DNA of 64,000 bases from Nitrosopumilaceae archaeon (GTDB lineage Archaea; Thermoproteota; Nitrososphaeria; Nitrososphaerales; Nitrosopumilaceae). The translations under genes and the position numbers were made by a program. The notes beneath the pieces are model-generated. The model ran no database searches. It had not been told where the DNA came from and saw nothing but the letters and a program-made list of their open reading frames with translations. The stretch covers positions 480,001 through 544,000 of the forward strand of contig CBDBMG010000002.1 of NCBI GenBank assembly GCA_965207375.1, given 5' to 3'. Within the stretch, counting starts at the first letter, position 1. Every line of letters begins with the position of its first letter. Below are positions 26,412 through 38,699 of the stretch, piece by piece.

Positions 26412-29400
26412 ATGGTGTCTCAGGCCAAGCCTATATTCACCCAGAAAACCGAACCCATTGCTTGGGGGGATGCTTATGAGATCTTAGAGAATCCGCCATC
26501 TGTGCCAGAGTTGTGTGTCAAGGTACCACCAGTAAAGCCAAACGCGGGCGAAGTTTTTTGTTTTCTGCTACAGAAAATAGCAAAAGAAGTAAGTATAAAT
26601 ATGGTATGGTATAGCTATATCTATATATATCCATGCAGAGAATATATGCTTTTTACATGTGACTGCATGTCTGAACCCAAAACCAGACATTGTTCACACC
26701 TCCGATTCTGCCCACTTAATTGTTCATAAAATATTTTTGGAGTGCTATGCACATGCAGCTCAAATTTAAATGTAAGGCCAAACAAAGTTTAAAATATGTT
26801 TCTGGTCCTCCTGCCTGCCGGTGGTCATTTTTGTGACTGAGGTAGTGATAGTAACATTTTTGTTCACAGCATGCTGTTATAGTTACACTGTTTAAATAAT
26901 GTTGACAAAAACATTATCAAGTTTTACACTGAATAAAGAAATTTTATGTATTATCATAAAGTAAACAAAAATATAAATGGATTTTGACACAATTTAAGTT
27001 AAAAATAAAAATAAAAACCATGGTTGCCTGATTATATTTTGAAAGTTGGCTGGACCACAAACAGACATTTAACTTTGTGTGGCCTAATGTTATTTGTAGT
27101 GATATTATTACGATCATTTGAGGTATTTTACCGATTGCATGGCTAAATCCGAGTTAATTGTGTTTCGAGTGTATGACAATCCTTTAAAAGTTGTGTATGT
27201 AGCTATATAGCTGTAGCTAATTAATATCAGTATTGTCGTATAGCTATAATGTATATGTATTAATATATGTATACATGTAATCCATAACATTTTTATTATC
27301 ATCTTTTAGACGATTGGAGATGTGATCACTACAGGTGGTTTCAAAATGGTTGTAAAAATCTTCCAAAAGCAGAACCTAAAGTTAAGAAATATTACTTCAA
27401 TATAATGCAACCAGATAACAGCAACAGCAATGAATTTCAGAAGATAGTTTATCAATTACTTGACAATCAAAGTCTTTCTTTAATACAGTATTTAGGAAAT
27501 GATCTCAAAGCTATAGATTATTTACATGGGAATTGTAAAGCAGAAAATCCAAAACCGTACATTCGAACTTGCCCTTCAGTGATTGAAGAAATTAAAGGAA
27601 GTGACCCTTCAGAGTATGCATCAGCATTTTACAAGAAATCCTTATCTACAGCCAGCTGTCTTTCTACATCAAATCCTGCATTGCAGCTTCGAAATAGAAG
27701 ACAAGTTGTTAATCACAAATCACTCGAGCGTCAAAAAATCAGGCTTTCTCATGATGAATTATATAACATTCATGAAATTGCTTATGACCTTGATGGATTT
27801 ATAGCAAAGATTATAACGTATCCAGACCTTGTTATTGTATGTGGCCACCCAAAAATATTAAATGAAATGAGCAATCTTTTTGCAAATTGGTAGTATCACT
27901 CAAGGTCAACTATTTTCCTATGATACAACTTTTGAATTGGGTGACATATATGTTTCTGTACTCCTTATGCGCCATGTGCTCTTTAATGGTGCTCCTGTAA
28001 TTCCAGTGGCCTTTTTACTACATGAAAGAAAGCTTGCATCAGCCCATGGTGAATTTATGAAATTTATTTCCAGTGGATTTCCTACACTGAGTCAAAGTGA
28101 TCATCCTATACAATTTCCTATAGTTACAGATGAGGAAAAAGCCATTTGTTCAGCCATAGACAAGTGGCTACCCGGATTTATTCGTTTACGCTGCTGGAAT
28201 CACACATTTTCAGCAGCTAGATTTTGGTTAAAGAAACACTCTGCTACTTCACAAGAAATTCCAGTTTATATGGAAAATCTTCGATCACTTTTTCACACTA
28301 TTTCTATAGAAGAATATCAAAGTAATTTGAAAGAGCTGGTGGTAAGTATTATTATGCACACTTTACAATTATTTACCATATAGCTACCATAGCTAGCTAG
28401 GGATAATTTAACAAGGTAAAATTTGGAGTAGCATAGTTATATACAGATACTTTTGAATGGGGAAATGCTAACAAATCAATCAATACATGATTGCGCCATT
28501 GAAAATGGGCCTATAGTGGACACAAACTATACACATAGTTTAACTTCTACATGGAGGAGCTATTTGTTGTCTGTGAAAGCTTTCATATTAAATTACATAA
28601 TTAATTACGCTTTATGGAATTTTGTGTATATTACATAATAATGCTAGCTAGCTATGTATATACATATATATATGTATATAGCTGTATACGCATTAAGTAT
28701 TGTTATACTTTAATGAATAAGTAGCTAGCTATATAGCTAGTGGTTTATATTACTTAGGTAAACTGGAGTCAAGCTTTTGTGGATTACTACATGAATGAAA
28801 TCCATCCTGATGTGATCACATGCATTGGTAGATGGGTCTTAGAACCTCTAGGAGTCTATAATTGCTATAGTGGAGTAACAACAAATCAATCAGAAGGATT
28901 TAACACTGTTTTAAAGCGGCTTCAGAAATGGAGAGAAGCTCCACTTGATTCCATCGTATTTTCATTATATCAGTTGCAAAATTATTACTACAATGAAATA
29001 CAAAGAGGGTTGTGTCAGTGTGGTGACTACCAGTTATCCGCAGAGTTTGCCAGTTGTGCACGGGATCCAACTGAGGTTAAACTCAATGAGTCGATTTCTC
29101 CTCAATCAATAGTTGAAAGAGTTCAATCTGAAGGAGCCAATGTGATTGAACCTGCAGTTGCTACACAGTGCCTTGAAAAGAAATCCACAGCCAAATGCTT
29201 ATCCAGCCAAACTTCTCGAGCAAACTTAGTACTTACAGAAGATAGGATATCCTTTGATCCAAAGCTTGGTGTTTTCATTGTTAAAAACAGCGAAGGAAAG
29301 CATCATGCTGTTACCCTTTTTCCAAAGCAGACATGTACATGTCCATCGACAGCTGAATGTTACCATATAATTTCAGCAAAAATGAGTGTAGGCATGCAGT

Positions 29401-31273
29401 CTAAGCACGGAGAGTCAGTTTTAAATTTATCTCAATTAAGAAGAAACACAAGATCAAGAAAAGAAAAGAAATCTGGAAGGAAAAGGTTTGTGCCAACAGA
29501 TATTAATCCAGCACCAGACTCCATCGCAGCAAAGTCTTGTTTTGAGTCAACTGATGATGTCATTGATGTGAATGATCATCATGAAGGTACATAACTAAAC
29601 TGCATATCTCATGTATTAAATATATGTTTTCCAGTAGATTTAACTGAGATGGTAAAGTCTGATGCTGATGATGATAATTTTTCCAATACTGATGTTAATG
29701 CTGATTGTAAGTGTAGCTACATTATAATTCCTGTGATAAATGCTGTGTGTTTATATAACATGCTAGCTGCATTCTGTAATATTTTATTGTGCTCTAGATT
29801 CCAATGGAGAGATGTTGAGACTGTGGGAAGACTTGTCTGTAAAATACAAACAAGATCACATGGAAGATAGAGACATTGAATATATAGAAGTTAATCTGTA
29901 GCTATATGCAATTGTAATAGCTACGTACGTATATAAATATAAATTCTAAACACAGAAAAATGATGGAGATATTTTGATTTTTGTAAACATGGCTGTTCTT
30001 ATATGGACACAATATCGAAAATTCAATAAATTACCTGAATTGAGGAGAGAAGGAAATTATTTAGTAGTCACCAAAGAAGATAGAAGAAATTTCGATCATT
30101 TTCGACAACATCCTTTTTTTCTGCATGGTCCTGTTGTTTCAACGCCACTACTATTGAAATATATGAAAGTAAAGGGCATACCAATTACTTGTGAACAAGA
30201 GTTTGGTCATTCCTATGTTATGTCAATGCCTAAATGTGAATTTACTTTTGATGAGCTGGTTGAGTGGGCCAGAGAGGAGTTAGGAGGAAATGTAGAAGGT
30301 ATTTCATAATATATGTAGATTAAGTACATAACACGAAATTGACTACTTTAGCAACACTAATTTCATGTAAAGAGGATACTCAATCTGTTATATCAAGTCA
30401 AATGGAAGATCTTGCAGTTAAAGGTAAAATGCATGAAATTTTACTATATAGCTAACTATGCCTATATACATTGCATACTCAAGTTGATGAAGGAAGTAAT
30501 TCATGTATCGAAGTTGATGAAGACTGTAATGACATTACTGAAAATGAGCAAAGTATACATGCATACATACATGCACCTGTAGCAAATATAATTTGAATAT
30601 TTATATTAATTTTATGTATTTTACAGGAGGTTTAGAAAAGAAGTTCATGAGCATCGATCAGGACAAAGGTACAGATAGCTGAACAATAGAAGCACACAAA
30701 TAAATTTATGATGTGGGTAACCAGCTAATTTGGCACATTACATTAAATTAATGTGATATCATAACAACGTATTAACAGATAACAAACGACGAAAGCAGAG
30801 ATGTGGAATTTGTAGTGGCTGTCTTACAAAGGAATGTGGAGTATGCAATGCTTGTAAAGATAAGCCTAAATTTGGTGGTCAAGGGAAGCTGAAGCAGTGT
30901 TGTTTGCATAGAAGATGTAAAGAAATAATCTCCAGTATGTAAGAAAATATAAAGTGAATTTTTGTGATGTCTTTAATTGTAGCTATACTAGAGAGTAAAG
31001 AATTTAGAGGATACATACTTTCAAGATTCTGTAAATATCCTTGAAATCCATGAAAATTAGTATCCTCAAAAATAAGTTACTCTCCTAGAATTTTCTGTGT
31101 AACTGGCAAATTATCACCATCAACTGAGCTGTCTGCCTTTCCTATGCTGTGCACACGTGCATGCAAATCTTCTGTTCATATTCATGGTGTTTATATAGCT
31201 ATATATCTATTTTATTGCAGGACAAAATTCTAGGAAACGACCATTCATTAATCTGTATATGATTGCTGTATAG
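26412..31273 (+). CDS. Mutator (MULE) transposase with SWIM finger and C-terminal CXXC zinc finger (spliced; frameshifts at T-runs ~26555 and ~27880)
   Basis: DWRCDHYRW; catalytic-type motifs YDTTFELGDIYVS, IVTDEEKAI, RCWNH, TTNQSEGFN; SWIM CTCPSTAECYHI; exon 30779-30934 RCGICSGCLTKECGVCNACKDKPKFGGQGKLKQCCLHRRC. Confidence 0.85.
26776..27084. mobile_element. GGCC-ended MITE (Zator/PIF-like) in MULE intron 1
   Basis: TAA|GGCCAAACAAAGTT...AACTTTGTGTGGCC|TAA. Confidence 0.65.
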
Positions 31274-31950
31274 ACACGCCCATTTTATCGATCGATCACG
31301 TCGTGCATAAAAGTATGGCTATGCATGCCAGACTAGATGTATACACAGTTACACTAAAGAAGTAGCTACTCCAGTATATTACTGAGCGATTTGCTAGTTT
31401 TTTACATGCACACGAATTAAATACAATGTAATTAAAAACCTTACGAATTTTAATGTTGCGAATTAAGCCAATCGCAAGATTAAAATCCTCGCACTTACTC
31501 CTCTTTCAATGTACACATGATCATTATACACTTTAGCCAGTCTGCGTATATTGTTTGTCAGGACTTCTTTGTAGCTTACAATTACATGCTTACTTGAATT
31601 GTAAATCATTGTAAAGTGGAATGCATTATTTCATTTCTCACTGATTAGCTATTTTTATAACCCAAACTCTTACTGCCATAGGAAGTACGTAACACAGTAC
31701 ATAGCTATTGTCACTCAGACTGTTTGCTCTGATGTTTTCAGATGACTTAACATGCCTGAAGATCATTACAGTGATTTAAACATGTTGGGTTTAAAGTTCA
31801 GTGATTCAGAAGCCTAATCCCCTAATTCTACTGGAAGCCAAACAGTGTAGCTAGTCTTAGACTCTAATAATTTTTAGATAATTATGGAGTCTGTTTTGAT
31901 TTGGCTGTAGACATCGGCATGAAATAAGAAGTAGTACAGCGATAATAATA

Positions 31951-32185
31951 TATGTGACCGGGCCTGCAAAAATCAATCATGTAAGCGCAAATACACCTAG
32001 TTAGATATTCATGAATATCTTTAGTTCTGAAAGGAGTATTTTAATTCTGTATGCTGTAAAAGATTCTACTGAATTCTGCATTTATGTTGTTTGTTAGTAT
32101 AAATACAGCATAAATTATGATAAGACATATTGCAAAAAATCAGGCAATTTTTGTGTGACTAGCTACTTGCAGGCCTGGTCACATA
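31951..32185. mobile_element. TGTGAC-family MITE
   Basis: TATGTGACCGGGCCTGCAA / TTGCAGGCCTGGTCACATA. Confidence 0.75.
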
Positions 32186-33410
32186 TTATAAGATGATGGC
32201 TGTCTTTGTTCTTAGTAATTATTGGCATCACTAAAGGATATAGCTATACCATAAAAAGAAAATACGTAGAAACACAATACATAGCTAAGGCAATTGATTT
32301 AACTTTTTGTGTGTTTTATTAGGATTTTTACAAGATTCTGCTAGATTGCAATTTGAACCATTGTTATGATCATATGTATTATTACTTTTCTGTCTCTCTT
32401 TTAAATGCAAACAGCTGCAGGTAGCTACTTGATTTGTAAATATTTATGAAGCCATCAGTAACTGTCAATGTGATTATGTAATTATACAATAAGTGCTGCA
32501 TGTGATATTTTGTAATTGTTGTTCCCAGCAAACTGTTCAAATGAAATGTTAGCTCACCTATTCAGGTATGTTCAAGGCTTTAGGCCACCTTTTAAACACT
32601 TTAGTAAAACTGTATTTTTAGGGAATATAGGGATTAAAATTATGGAGCAAGTTCAAAGTGCATATACGTAGCTAGAGTTATATCTAGCTATTCATGAAAT
32701 GTAATTATGCATGATAGCTGTTAGAATGGGTCGCTTTAGAATTTATTTTCATGCTCAAAATGAATCCTTGAGCTCGATCTCTACTGTAGCAATATTTATA
32801 TACATTAGGACTGTGTGATAATAGAAAAGGTTACAATAAGTTAGATAATTATAAGTTGTGTTAAATTATCTCGATAAACAATATTATCTCGATAATGGTG
32901 TCAACATGAACTTGCATTAGGTAGCTAACTGGACACCTCTACAGTAGCTATATGTTATTAGCCATTATCGTTATAATACTTTCTTATTGACTTAATGATA
33001 ATCATAGCATTGTTATTTTCAAGGCAAAACTGAAATGTGTGATTTGATCTGCCAGGTCCAGTGACATTCGAGATTTGAGACTTTGCAAACTCAGCTGAGT
33101 GTAGCTATCTGTCATGGCTTATGTACATTTGCAGATTGCAGAGCATGACATTGAAATACCGAAATTCCACTTTAAAAAGTAATACCGGTATTGTCATAGT
33201 AGCTACATAGCTATGATCAGTACATTTGCATTTTCATGTACGTATTTACATTACAGGTTTAAGACCCTTACCTGCCTTATGATTCATAATCTCAGTAAAC
33301 TATGGAAATTCACTGTCTAGTTTTTAAGTGAGTTGTAGTGGTAGTTATGATCAATGTTCCATAATTTATTATACATTTTCCTTCAGGGTTTACTGGTAAT
33401 AAAGCAGTTA

Positions 33411-33658
33411 GGCCAGGCAAAGTTGATTTGCAGTTTATCATCACCGCCTGCATCACTCCAAGCACTACCACCTCAAGTTTCATTGTGATAAGTTTACTCC
33501 AATAATTTTTGATTGATTTTCTAATCATCACATATTTTTGAGTGACTTTTGATAATTTTGTTCAAAAAGTGGATGTTTTGGTAAAAATTAATGACCTCCC
33601 ACCTGCATGCTTTTTTAAAAAGCCTTGATGATAAACTACAAATCAACTTTGCCTGGTC
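33411..33658. mobile_element. GGCC-ended MITE (Zator/PIF-like)
   Basis: About 33 bp TIR GGCCAGGCAAAGTTGATTTGCAGTTTATCATCA; flanked TTA/TTA. Confidence 0.75.
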
Positions 33659-34129
33659 TTATGTAAAATTAGTCATCTGTAATTTTTCAGTTAACTATAC
33701 GCATTATTTTTTATTATTAAATACAGGAAAAAAGCACAGCCTGTGAATCCTGATCAAATACATAAATTAGTATAAATTACAATCATACATGAAAATTTTC
33801 CAGTGTTCATCCAATAAGGATTTAAATGAGGTAGCGTTTGACATGCCCCCTCACTGGTAACTTGTACTGAATTTATTAAATCTAATTTTACAATTGGATC
33901 AGTAATGCATTATTAAAATGGTTACGTCACTTATGTGTTGACCTCGTAAGTGGCTTGACCAGTCCCACATAGGAAAGTAGATGGGATATGGTACAACGGA
34001 GTCAAGGATGTCCATGGTGCACGTTGTAAATACAGTAGCTATTAGCTAATTGTAAATATATGGCTACATACTACATACCTAATGCAGACAGTTAATGTAC
34101 ACTAACTACATGTAGCTACTATGTATGTG

Positions 34130-35240
34130 CTACCAACCACAATTGGTGCAACGGATTTTCATTTCGATAACAGGAGGACTATACCATTTGTCCAAAAGTA
34201 CAAATCCAGAATGTACTCCAAAGTTGTGGTTGAGGTTGACACAATAGCATGAACTGTACATCCACCTGGTGCTTTACTACCATGTGCATTGGATGCACAA
34301 TTACCACTCTATATATCATTATCTTTATCATATGTACTGAACATTTGTCCATTTGATTTAGTGATAAAAGGATCAGTTGAAGTAATTCCAGTAAATCCGG
34401 ATATGTTTAGTCGATAATTGTCAGTTGCTGGTCCCACTGTAAAATTGTTATAGTGAAGGTAGCTAAGAGTTAGTCCAATTTGTGAAGGTAAAATCAATAC
34501 GTAGTTCCTATGTTCCTTTGATAGTTATATAATGCAGTGATCTCAGACCACACCAGAATTCTGAATGGAGATTCCCAAATACTCTTTTATAATTAACCAA
34601 GTTCTGTGAAAATTTTCATTGCCATGTAACTTTCTCCCCTTTGAATAGGCCTCAGTCAATTATGCTCAAAAATTTGCCTAAAGTGCTTTTGAAAATTTCC
34701 CAAAAAATTCCCCTATTATGCTCAGACTCCTTCCTATTATGCTCGATTATGCTAATGGTAGTTAATGTATAATAACAGCTGTTACCTATGTAGCTATGTA
34801 TATAAACACAATTATAGCTCTATTAACTATGTATACAGCTTTGAGCTATGTATAGCTATAGGTTAGTTGAATTCACTATGTATACAAACTATGTACTGAT
34901 TCACTGCTGTCAGTGGCTTAACTCACTACTACTACATAATCACCATCACTGACTCGCGTTAGGAACAATGACGCTGTTTGGAACAGCTGCTGCTGTGACA
35001 CTGGCACGCCATCTTGCAACAATTTACTGAAAATTACGATTTATTCCAGGATATTATCCCAAAATGCTGGCATAAAAGGTGAGCCTATTATGCCTTAAAT
35101 TATGCCGGCATATTTGACGGAGGCCTACCTTTGAATAACTAACCATCCTCCACCATCTGTGAAAGCATCACAATATCCTTGAATTATAGGTCCTTTAAAG
35201 CAAAAGTCAATAATGTTATAGACACCTGAATAAGTATTGT
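34130..35240 (-). pseudogene. Fibrinogen C-terminal domain (FReD/ficolin-like) pseudogene
   Basis: SGVYNI...YCDAFTDGGGWLVIQR, FGNLHSEFWCGL, YRLNISGFTG, FSTYDKDND, EMKIR; frameshifts, stops and a MITE insertion. Confidence 0.85.
34646..35127. mobile_element. hAT MITE inserted in the FReD exon
   Basis: TAGGCCTC...GAGGCCTA; perfect 8 bp TSD CCTTTGAA. Confidence 0.9.
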
Positions 35241-37215
35241 AGCTATGTGCTGAAGTGAGAAACATTTTTCACTGCAATATCACAGTAGCTCTCTATAATA
35301 GAACCATCAACCTTAGCACCATAGACTAGTCCAGGGGAATATATAGCTAGCACAGAAATTTGTCAGGGCATTGCTAATTTACTCCATTCAATTTGATGCT
35401 GTATAAATACACAGAAGCCCAAAATTGCCAATTTTTATCATAGCATCAGCTTTATTGCCTGGGCCTGCATTTATATTGACTGCCTAATGCAATAATATTA
35501 TGGAGATATAAACCTACTAGAAGTTTGAGTGGTGTACCCTCAGTGTATTGTTATACACCTAATGTAACATTGCTATACGTAGTATAGGTATTAGATCCTA
35601 TAGCAATATACAGGTACGTACATGCATCGCTAAAATGTACGTATGTGCTACATAACTTAACATACGTAGTTGAATACTTAGTAAAATTACACATACAAAG
35701 CTAATATTAGTGGTTCCTATAATATAGCCGGCATCATACTTTAGTTTGTCAGTGGGTATACTTTCTATACTGTTCCATATTTGCTTATCTACAACACAGA
35801 TATGATTGCATACCTTCATACTATTGCATAGCTATACATACACAGCTACATGTACCGTATACCAATAGCACAAAATTTTCAATTTTTAACATTTTGGGAT
35901 GGATTTCAGCTAGACCATGCATCAACAGTTTCATTTGCAAAGCAAGTATTTTAAATAATGACCATCCATCAATTTTTCTCTTGTCAAATATTTGAAGATG
36001 CATGCAGTATCTGTCAAAAGTTCTGTCTATCAAATTTTGTTCTATACCATATCAGATAAACCAGACACTTAATAACATTGGTTATTTAAGCTGATAGCTA
36101 ATAGCTCCATAGCTCCATAATATAGCTAGCTATGTAGTTAACACTTACGTACATACTATAGTTAATTGAATACCATGGACTGCCTTTATATATGTATACA
36201 GTATGTAATTTAAATAATGAAATAGCTACATAGGATTTTTACACTTATTACTGAAAAATTATAAATTATATAGCTACATATGTATTTATTTAATTGGTCA
36301 TTGAATTCCCTATTTTTAAATTATAATATACACATATAATTATGCAATTGAATGTACAGTATAGGCATGCGTCGGATAATTTTGGATATAAAAAGAATCA
36401 AGAATATTGGAATAATAGGGCTAATTTAAAGCATACTATGTACATCAGTGATATAAAACTTCCAATCTGGTGTAAAATACACAAGCCTTACCTTTAGACA
36501 CTCTAGTATCCTCTGATAATCAATATAGCTACAAGGGTGGCCAAATAAGCAAGGCAGTACACACAAGTGTAGTGGGATGCTTGTATGAAAGAATTTAGTG
36601 AACCTTCCCATAGTTAGTCCTTATGGTCAGTGGTTTATAGAGACCTACAATAACTCTTTCTACAAGCTATGCCATGTTATCACTTTCAAATATGTACCAT
36701 GCATGTGGTGGTCAGATCAACTACCGTATACGACAAAACAATCGAGGGGGAAAACTTTTGCGGTTAGCTATAGAGCAAATATGGAAATCGATGGGAAAAC
36801 TTTCACGGTAGAAGCTTCTTGTAATAATAAATGCCTAGTCTAGAGTAAGCCACTGATATTCAACCACCATGAATGTTCGGCCACCCATACAGCTTTATCA
36901 CTCTGTACAATTCTTTTAGTTTTGATTTCAAAAGAAGCCTTGGGACTATGGCATGCCACGGTACTTTTCATTTCACGTTACTCAAAAAGGCGTGGCTGCC
37001 ACGACCCATCAAAATGATGTCGGAAAGGCATCTTTTTTGGTCAAAAATATTTATTTTCAGATTGCTCTCGCCATCTCGTAAAAGAAAATCGTGCACATTA
37101 CCTAGGCCACACAACTGTTAGAGTAGATCTCAAGGATTTATCAGCCCAAAGTTTAGTATGTATTTCTTGTTTGTCTTCTCGTTATAGCCAGGTAAGTCTA
37201 ACCTATACAGCCTAT

Positions 37216-37651
37216 TAGGCCTGAGCCAATTATGCTTTTAGAATTACCTATTATGCTTTTGAGCATAATTCCCAAAACAAGCCTATTATGCTTAAAATTA
37301 TACTCTGGAATTCTCAGTGATAATGTGAAATTTAATAGGCTAAATTAATATTTTATATGAAGAAGATTCATGTTGGTTTTTTTGCACTCATTATCATCAG
37401 ATATACATTTACATTATGACTCCTATAATGTATTTTGTTGAATTCATTACTTTTAATCATTGTATTCATCACATACCTAATTTGATAAAAATTACTGTAG
37501 ATTCACTCAAAATTTCAGTAGTCACTTTCAACATTCATGCCTTTGTGGCATGCCTTGCACAAAAAGTTTACCTATTATGCTGGCATTATGCTCGATGCTT
37601 TTACCATCCTATTATGCTCTAAATTATGCTGGCATAATTGGCTCAGGCCTA
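37216..37651. mobile_element. hAT MITE
   Basis: TIR TAGGCCTGAGCCAATTATGC; perfect 8 bp TSD CAGCCTAT. Confidence 0.9.
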
Positions 37652-38699
37652 CAGCCTATCAAAATTCGGACAATTCTGTTTCAAAGAAAACTCAACACCT
37701 AGCGGTTTCCGCAAAAGCTATCTAGGGTAATGACTTATTCTGCAGTGTATTTTCTTTGTACAGCAGCTTTTATTAGGAAACACTGTCCAAGGATCAAGGT
37801 TATTTTAACCATAGTAGCTTACTGAGCTGTATCATAATGATATAGCTAAATACGTACGCACTCATACTTTATTCCGAGCTTTATTCACATAATTTTGATC
37901 ATGATTAGGCCTCTCTTTCTTCCTGCTGGCCGGAAGAGTTTCGACATAAAGGAACGCAGCAGTAATTCCCTCGCCAGGCCTTTTCCTTTGGCTTTGGTAG
38001 GGAAACAGTTTTCGCAACCGAGGGCCTGGCGGCAATGGTTTCGTCAGAAAACAACCCTACACAATGTAAAAAACTCCGTTAAAGTAGCCAATAATTTAGC
38101 TCTGCAAAACCCACTACTGTACCTGATTGCTGCTGTTCGCTATCGTCATCGTGTGCCGAGGAATACAACAAACTACTCCTGACTTCCATTAGCGCCTGTA
38201 CTCGAAAATATTAAAGTCCCCCAATAGGGCCTCCATTTTTATTTTGTGACGTCATTGCGGATAAAGCTTATTATATGTTATCTAGGCTTGTGGTAAGTTT
38301 GATTACATTAAATATATGTGGTGTGAGTTTACTATGTTTATGGCTACAGTTACCAGTCTAGTGTATTATTAATTGCTTTTATAGAAACCTGTTACAGCTG
38401 CCGTATTGCATATGGCTTTATGTTAGTTTAGTGCTTTATATACACTGTATATAATCATATACGCTGTATTTATAGCATAGATATTTATGGTTGTAGCAAC
38501 AACATTCATTGTAGCTCCACTTAGAATGCAGACCATGTAGTGTAAATAGTTTGTTTTTTCCTGTGATTCAGTAAGTATGAACTGCGACCTATGGCTTAAT
38601 ATGACAAAACTAATCCGCTAGGTGATAGATTCGTTATGACTGTACTTGGTTGTAGGTCATCGTTGCTAGTAATAATTTATAATTTAATATATTGTGTAG

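Larger units (their letters stand above)
26157..31500. mobile_element. Probable extent of the CXXC-MULE element
   Basis: Imperfect inverted repeat TGCGAGGAATTTAATATTGCGA...TCGCAAGATTAAA (26158) vs 31447-31493; no TSD seen. Confidence 0.45.

Noticed and set aside
33310-33531. 73 aa ORF resembling a small helical domain
   Set aside because: Mostly inside a GGCC-ended MITE
38240-38275. CRE site TGACGTCA as promoter of the 38.7 kb gene
   Set aside because: Single 8-mer in what may be a transposon terminus; not enough support
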